Part shown: one piece after another, positions 50,290-57,712 of the stretch
Layout: every line of letters begins with the position of its first letter
How positions within the stretch are numbered: the first letter of the stretch is position 1
DNA from: Spongospora subterranea f. sp. subterranea
Lineage: Eukaryota
Assembly: GCA_049724395.1 (NCBI GenBank)
Contig: JAUGWO010000022.1
Span: 1 to 57,712 of the forward strand
Reading direction: 5' to 3'
Length of the DNA stretch: 57,712 nucleotides
Translations under genes and position numbers: made by a program
Notes under the pieces: generated by a model
What the model saw: only the letters and a program-made list of their open reading frames with translations
Database searches by the model: none
What the model was told of the DNA's origin: nothing

Positions 50290-51590
50290 TGTCACTAATA
50301 CAATCCTTTTTTTCCATCCTACTCGGGACCGGAAAAACACTACAGTAATTTTCCTTTCAGTCCCTTGCAGTTCAGTACTTGGTGTTCAATTGTCTCTTTC
50401 TCCGTTTTGCGATGCCTGCATATACTGCTCGCTTCCATATTGAGATTTTTCAGGTGTTGCCGTGTGCTTGCATGTCCTGTTCACGCTCGGTTTAGGAACG
50501 GGGTCACTGGTTCACGCTTCCTTTCGTTTAACGTCATTTTACTTTCAAATTTGTCTCTGTTTGGGTATCCTTTGAATTTGCTAGTGCTTACGTTTTCTTT
50601 GATGTAAGAATCAAGATTTTCTGTTTTTTTTTTCCTGAGGTGCAATTTGAATGATGATATAAAAGGATCATGCTGTATCTCATCGCCGTCGTTTGAAGCT
50701 TGTTTTGCTAACTCGTCTATCTCTGTGCTGTGTCCTATGGTGATTTTCGTTTCTTCGCTATTGTCATTTTTTCCCACATGACTCGGGATAAAGTGTATAT
50801 CCACCGTATTGTCTTGTGTTAACTGTGTAATTTTGGCGGCACACTCCGCTACAATAGCGTTTACTCTCTTTGGCTTTATCGGTAGTGACTTTAGTTGACT
50901 CATCACGATAATGAATCAGTCATTATATGGATCTTTCTTTCTTTATAGTCCTGTTCTATTGCTATATCCAGTCCACTATTCAGTGCAATGATCTCACATT
51001 CATATGATGATGTCACTTCTATTCCTAGTTTAACACCAGTTATTTACCATTTCACTAGGCTCATCGTTCTCATCTCTATTCGTATAATCAATTAGTAGAG
51101 CTGCTGCTCCTCCTCCTTTATCCTTGTTAAAACTTCCATCTGTCCATAATTCTATATCAGGGTTTTTAGGGAGTAGTTTTCCTATTTTGTGCTTTTTAAT
51201 TGCCTTTGTGCCAACTTGCCGTGTAAGTTGAGTTCGGACTTCTATCGCTTTTGTCAATCAATCAATTCTGTATTATTCTTCCTTCTCTTCCGACAGACCT
51301 CTCTCGCAGGTTCCGCAGTCCGTGACGCATCTCTTCCAGTGACACGGCCTTTGCTTCAGTCATGGTCCTGCCGCCTTACTGGTGGTCACGCCGTCTTCTT
51401 AGTTATTGCCTTCTGCAGGGAATATGTGCATTCGTTAGTCATGTGAATACATAATTGATACATTCCCCTCCTTGAAAATTTGACTTCTGTTGTAACCGCT
51501 TCTGTACAAAAGTTGTACCTTCTGATAGTTGACTTCGGAATATCGCATTAAAAAACCCAGTGGGAAAAAGCATGACTCCCAACAATCAAC
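50290..51590 (-). mobile_element. non-LTR retrotransposon 3' part with RNase H and Cys/His knuckle
   Basis: IELWTDGSF, SSYECEIIAL, IMTDS, IHFIPSHV, LNRARTGH..ICRHRK..ETIEHQVLNC. Confidence 0.85.
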
Positions 51591-52085
51591 TCTTCTTTGT
51601 AATAAACGCAAAAACATCTTCTTTCAGAACATGGTCTTCTGAAATTAACTTCTTGGCATAATTTGCTACTAGCCCTGGTACGTCAGTGTTGAGATGTTCC
51701 AGATTTTCCCAGGAATTATCTGCTTTCAGTAAATCCTTTCCATTCAACCAGCAGCTGAATTTGCCCAAAACATATCGATATTGATGAGATGAATTCGGAC
51801 CCGGCTGTCGGATATACAGGTAATCAAAATGCAGAACTTGATGAGGGGAATCCGCATGGATGGCGGATCCCAGAGGACGAGGTATGCGCACAGGCCCTTT
51901 GCAGGAAAGACAATGAATGCACCGATTGATGAACCGAATGACATCGCTTCTTTGGTCAACGCGACGACGACCAGAATGAACACCAACACACCGTGGCGGC
52001 ATCCGTGGACGCCATCTCGTTTCCAGTCGAAACGCTAGTCCCGGCGCCTATATCTGATTCGAATGTCGAATCTAGGCAGGACTTG
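51590..52085 (-). mobile_element. spliced-together Gypsy fragments (leader, integrase, chromodomain)
   Basis: CIHCLSCKGPVRIPRP (also at 47680) fused to NSWENLEHL. Confidence 0.7.
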
Positions 52086-52089
52086 TTTA

Positions 52090-55085
52090 CGAAACGGAGT
52101 GGAGATTTTTCCCATGGATATACCACTTGATATGACCATAACTGTTCCAGTATGACTCATTCAGTGTTGAGTGATTTACAATGCAATTCACATATATACT
52201 AAACGTAAATACTTTACTTGCAATTTGCGTAAACACTGTCTGTGTTTGTTCGCTCTGACAATATTCATTCGCACGACCTGGTTTCGCCATTCAGCTCATC
52301 AGGCCGCCGCGTTGGTCGCCCTCTTCTTACGCGGTGGAGATCGCATCGAAGGGGCCCTGCTGGAAGCATGGATTCGGCTTTTCTGAGGTATCTTCTCGCA
52401 AGCGACGATTGTTAAGCGCCCCCGCTTGGAGGTATGGCGAGTTGAAGTTGACATTGACCTTGGTTTGGTTTGTGCGGTATCACCAGTGTCAAGTCAATTT
52501 GAACGCGATACTTCGATTGGGATGATCTCCTTCAGTATTCGTCGTTTTTTACCCTTCTTTAAATTAGAAAGGTAGCGTTTATCTCTGTTATTTGCGAGAT
52601 CCAGTTGTTGTCTGGCCGCTGAGTCGGATTCCTCCGACGCTGCTTTTAGCATACTCTTTGCTGCTACATTCAAAGCATCCATTGTGGTGCTACCTTTTTG
52701 GCTGTTATTTGAACATTGTGGAATTTCAATAACGGTTTAAAGTTATTTTGAAAAAATTCCATTTTTCGTGGGCCATTCTTGAATTATCAAGTGAATACCA
52801 GACCTTGTCATTTAAAGTTTTCCGTCTTTTCGATCAGCCAGTTGCGATCGGCAAATTTGTATCTGCATTGTGACCTGACTACCTTTTAGGGTAGCCAGAT
52901 TTTAAAAGACTTTTCTGAAATTCGAGCATAGCTGACTGATTTTTTTTTCAGTTTGGCAAGCCCTCAGCATACGTATTTGTTCTCCAGTGATCCAGCTAGT
53001 TTTAGTGGTCTCTGGTTTACGTCGCGTAGTGTGTGAATGTGTTATTCGCAGTTGGTTTCCTGAATGGTTTGAAATCCAATTGTCGTTTGATGCTGAACTT
53101 TTCGCCCAGGGATATGATCATATCCAAAAAGTTTACTTTATCATCAAACTGTTCCATGTTGAAGGTCAACATGTTGGCTTCATTTAGGTGGTCTGTGATG
53201 GCGTTTGCACTTTTCAGAGAGTCCACCGCGATAAGAATATCATCGCGATATCGTCTGTATAGAAACGATTTATGTACTTTCGGTACTTTAGGAAGAATGT
53301 GTTTCTCTAAAGCTACCAGGACAAGATCAGCGAAAATTCCAGAGGCGTTACCTCCCATTGCTGCTCCTTTGATTTGCTGGTACCAGTTTCCTTTAAATTG
53401 GAAATAGTTGTTAGTTAACACCCAGCGCATCAAATCAATATAGAATGGAATTTGGAATTCTTCGACACAATTTTTTTTAAATAATTGCGACGATATTGAG
53501 TCCTCTTTCTAGATCAATCGACGTATCTAGTGCGGTTACATCAATGGTAGCCAGTTTCACTGTCGACGAGTCGAACTTTTTTTGTTCGAGCTCTTGAATA
53601 AGTTCCAGTCTATCCGTTATGACCCATTTATGTTTTTTCAGGATCGGATATAGCTTGCGGTGCAGATATTTTGCAGCACAGGTTGTGTACCAGCTGTGAC
53701 TTGGAATTATAGGACGAATTCCGATTGGTGTTTTGTGAATTTTAGGCATCAAATAAATTAGAGGGGGCACTATTTTAGTGTCCTGCTCCTTGTACCAGAA
53801 TCTCACTTTGCTTTTGTACTTTGCACAAAATTGGGCCAATCCGCGTAGGATATCATATTTGGGACATTGTTCAATCCTTTGATATGTGTCTACGCTGTGT
53901 AAATGCTCTTCCAATTTTTTTCTCATACCATGATTTTTTCATGATAGTGAGTTCAGCATTTTTATCCGCTAGCTTGATGATAAGATCTCTAGCTTTAAGA
54001 AAGTCAATCAGTTTCTTTTGCGGATTTGTGTTTGAGTTGCTGTTGACATTTTTACAACAGGGATGCACAGAGTTCCGCTTGTTTGATATCAGCTTCCCAG
54101 AAAGATCCCCATAAATGGTTTGGGTCGCAATTTGCGAGTTTCTACTAGAAATGAAAATAATTTCTGCATTTCATGAAACATCTCTAGTGTTATTTTATTG
54201 GATCGTAATTTCTCATCTTGCTCTGATGTGAAGGCAGGGGGATAATCACTGGGGCTCATTTCTTCGCAAAGGATTTCGCTTTGCCTCTGCGTGTGTTCAC
54301 AGCAGAAACTGGCGCCGAGCCCTAAAAAATTATATATTGATTTAGGAATGTGGATTTTGCCAATGATATAAATTGGTGGTTTTCTAACCTGTCCAGTGGG
54401 GGTTGTTGGCTTTGGAGCTGACCTTTTACGTACTGATTTTGCAGTACGTGGCTCATGGGCCGTGAGGCTTTTTGGATTTAGCATGCTTCTCTTTAAGAGC
54501 TTCCGCTTCCAGAACTGCAGTGACTGTGGCTTGTTGTTTAACCCACTTGGCCATGCCTTCAGAAGTCAATGTGCTGATTGCCATTGACATTGTCTCGTTG
54601 TCGAATGCCTCCAACAAATTATTCTCTTCACTTTGTTTAAGAAGCAAAGATTTGATGGCGGCGTGGCTCAACTGGTCTTCTAACGAAGACTTTTGAGCTT
54701 TGAGGGCTTCGACGACCTCTGGTTTGATGAGCCTGTTTAAACTCTTCACAAGCTGCTGCTGTCTTTGACAGTAGCTTTGAAGTTCTCGCGGGAAGCGAGT
54801 ACAACATATAGCCTCTGAGCCAGGACTCATTCCAGGGAGGCGGGTTGACGTTGGGGCGTTCATCCCAACTCCCCTGGTTGTTCATCTCCACATCTGACCC
54901 TTCCGAAGCATACGCCTCGTTCTCCACTTCGGAGAGAGATCGTTCAATGGCGAACAAAGTCTTTACGATCGATGTGACCGCCGGGACTATCCCGTTGACT
55001 ATGATGAGAACAATCGAACGTAGGGGCACTGGGCACCCTACGAGGACGTTGTCGTTGACTTGCATCTCGCCAACGCTATCGCTTC
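52090..55085 (-). mobile_element. Penelope-like retroelement, frameshifted, no GIY-YIG domain recognisable
   Basis: KLADKN, PKIHK.PIGIRPII, TIDVTAL.TSI, QIKGAAMG, RYRDDIL, VNFLDM, PFRKPT; coiled-coil-like N-terminal region. Confidence 0.9.
52271..52310 (-). ncRNA. minimal type I hammerhead ribozyme
   Basis: Minus strand gcggcggc CUGAUGA gcu-gaau-ggc GAAA c-cag-g UC gugc: complete catalytic core with GUC cleavage triplet. Confidence 0.85.
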
Positions 55086-55086
55086 T

Positions 55087-57368
55087 TACAGGCCCTTTGC
55101 ACGAAAGACAATGAATGCACCGATTGATGAACCGAATGACATCCGCCTTGAGATCCTGCCAGAAAAAATACTTTGACCGGACGGAAAGCGAATGTAACGA
55201 TTGCGAAGAGAGAATCGTTTTCTGGTCCGGACACACGAAGTCATCAGCGTAGAGAATGGCTTGCGCAGCTGTGGCCATTGTGACGCGGCGGCTGGCGACA
55301 GCAGTATGCGACGTAGACGCCCATCGAGTCAGTTGATCCGCCCACACGTTATCGGATCCAGAAATATAGTGAATGGTGCAGTTTGGAACTGATCCGAAGA
55401 GACCAACGAGAAAGACGATCGAGGCTGGCCCCCTTGGAAACGCCTTGTGAGATTGGATCAAAAATATAAACAATGTTTCGATGATCGGTGAGCAAGTGGA
55501 ATCCGCGATCCCGAGTCAAGTGGTAATCAAGTTTCGAGACGCCTTCAACGATGGCAAAGGCTTCCTTTTCCACTGTGGGCCAACGAACTTGCGAGCCTTT
55601 AAAAATGGCACTGAGGAAGGCAAGAGGTTCATGGTCGCGTTCATGAATGGGAAGTGAGTCTTGATCCGGATGAGTCTGCGTGACAACAACGGCCCAGGCT
55701 TTATCGCTCGCGTCACTAAAAAAATTAACAGTGAAATCTGATCGTAAATGAGCGAGCTGAACAATATTCTGTAACGCGGAACGGATATTCGCCCAGCACT
55801 CCGAGTGCTGCTCAGTCCAAAGATGACCAAGAGAAATTTTTGCCGCCTCCCGAGAGGTACGTCGTGAGGTAAGCGACAAACATGACTGCAGTAAAACTTG
55901 GAGCGGCTCGACCAAAGCACTGAATTGGACCATGCTTGATCGGAGCCAATTGATGGAACAAAGAAACTGGAGTAAATCGGATGCAGTGGATGGCAGCGGA
56001 AGATCCAAGATGCCGGCAATGCGAGCTGGGTCATGACGAACGCCTTTCGCCGAATACAACTTGCCGCAAAACGTGTTTCGGAGCGAAACAACTTGACCTT
56101 CGAAATGGCAAATTTAACTCGGTGGATGCGCGCCTTGAGGAACACTTCGCGAAGCAGTACGAAATGTTGCGGTATATCTGGGGAATGGGCCAGAATGTCG
56201 TCAATGTTGATTTCTGCACCAATGATCGCACCGAAGACATAATGCATGCTGGCACCAAACCAAGCAGTACCGTTGACCGAGTCTTGCAATGAACGAGTAG
56301 AAGAAAAAACTCCATGAGGCAACATAACGGAAAAAATAGCATGGGCCGAAGGATGTAAAGGTATCTGCCAATATCCATTATCGGCATCCAGTGATGAGAA
56401 AAGTCGGGAATATACAGTCGGGAAGATATCGATTCAATATCAAAACAAGGCCATTGATACGGCTTGGTGACAGCATTGATTCGACGTAAATCAACAGTCA
56501 GACGAAACTTGCCGGGCTGAGAAGGCTTAGGGGTAGCCGAAGCGCGAGAGGCAAATGCAGAAGACGGATTGGGGTACAAGCACCCATACTTCTCCAATGT
56601 GGCTGTAGTGTCAACAAGGAATTTACGTGCTAATGGTGAGTACCGACCAGAAGGGCATCGGAGTGAAGACGTCCCTGGCAGCAACTCGACAGTCATAGGT
56701 GGAACATCCATAGGAGGGTCCTCTCCTAAACCAATGCGGAAGATATCCGAGAACTCAGTAAGCAATGATGACAACTGTGACTTATCTTGCATAGAGAGCA
56801 GATCCGCGTTGCAAACCACAGCGTCGATGGCGGCCTGAATATCATCCGGAGGCTCACAGCCGGGATCCAAAATATCGGGATCTGAATTGGAATCGGAAGC
56901 ATTATCCACTGGGGACCAATCGGCGAGGGAACCGGTACGACGAAGACTGCCGGCTGACAAGGCATCGACGCAAGAGACATCGAACTCTGTGTTACCCTTC
57001 GACATCTTGTCGAACATTGATTCCACATTCAAACCAATAAAATCCAACACTGCCTTGCTGATCAGCGTTTCGGCCAAAGGGGTAGCTACGACACGAAACG
57101 TCAAGGAATGGAGAATAATCTTTCCGCTGGTCGTTGAAAAGGTGACTGATGGTAGAGTGACGACACTTTCGACCTTGACAGGGAACTTCCGCGACCCAAA
57201 AAAAACAGGCAAAACAGCTTTTCTTCAAGGCATGATGAGGGATTTCGAGTTGTTGAAGACGGTGCAGCACGTCCGAAGATATGATACAAACATCTGAACC
57301 TGTATCCAAACAGTACGGTATCGAGAAGCCTGGTGAGAAGATAGCCAAAGCAGAAGACGAAGGGTGTG
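55087..57368 (-). mobile_element. Ty3/Gypsy protease-RT-RNase H-integrase start, frameshifted
   Basis: CLDTGSD protease, FRLTVDLRRINA, NIDDILAH, FSDASD, EKEAFAI. Confidence 0.9.
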
Positions 57369-57712
57369 CCAACTTGCCGTGTAAGTTGAGTTCAGACTTC
57401 TATCGCTTTTGTCAATCAATCAATTCTGTATCCTTCTTCCTTCTCCTCCGGGAGACCTCTCGCAGGTTCCGCAGTCCGTGACGCATCTCTTCCAGTGACG
57501 CGGCCTTTGCTTCAGTCATGATCCTGCCTTCTTACTGGTGGTCACGCCGTCTTCTTAATTATTGCCTTCTGCAGGGTATGTGCATTCGTTAGTCATGTGA
57601 ATACATAATTGATACATTCCCCTGCTTCAAAATTTGACTTCTGTTGTAACCGCTTCTGTACAAAAGTTGTACCTTCTGATAGTTGACTTCGGAATATCGC
57701 ATCAAAAAACCC
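57369..57712 (-). mobile_element. fragment of the RNase H LINE family
   Basis: Close copy of ~51208-51558. Confidence 0.85.

Noticed and set aside
51160..51172. ggtttttaggg as a telomeric repeat (similarly gtttaggg near 4833)
   Set aside because: Single units within coding-derived sequence; expected by chance
54637..55473. 278-aa ORF as a real gene
   Set aside because: Crosses the Gypsy/Penelope junction at ~55087

Overview
Eukaryotic (protist-like) genomic DNA with short GT-AG introns. The TTTTAGGG repeats and gene content would fit a plasmodiophorid, but that is inference only. A few host genes sit among dense, rearranged transposon sequence: a 6-exon argininosuccinate synthase, an adenosine/AMP-deaminase-like gene with a partial duplicate, a signal-peptide coiled-coil membrane protein, a PQ-loop protein and a secreted ankyrin gene. 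The transposons include DD39D mariners, Copia, chromodomain Ty3/Gypsy, an intact hAT, a GCM-domain Mutator-like element, RNase H-bearing LINE fragments and Penelope-like RTs. Most notable: (1) a head-to-tail pair of GC-rich APE-RT non-LTR retrotransposons (~27.0-35.05 kb), each joined at its 3' end to telomere-type (CCCTAAAA)n repeats, oriented as expected for elements added onto a healed chromosome end; (2) a Penelope-like element with no visible endonuclease and a hammerhead ribozyme; (3) a secreted ankyrin gene with eight consecutive symmetric phase-2 micro-exons; (4) a Copia with TA...TA LTR ends and a primer site complementary to the tRNA-Lys(CUU) anticodon arm. All calls were read by eye, so boundaries of degraded elements are approximate.
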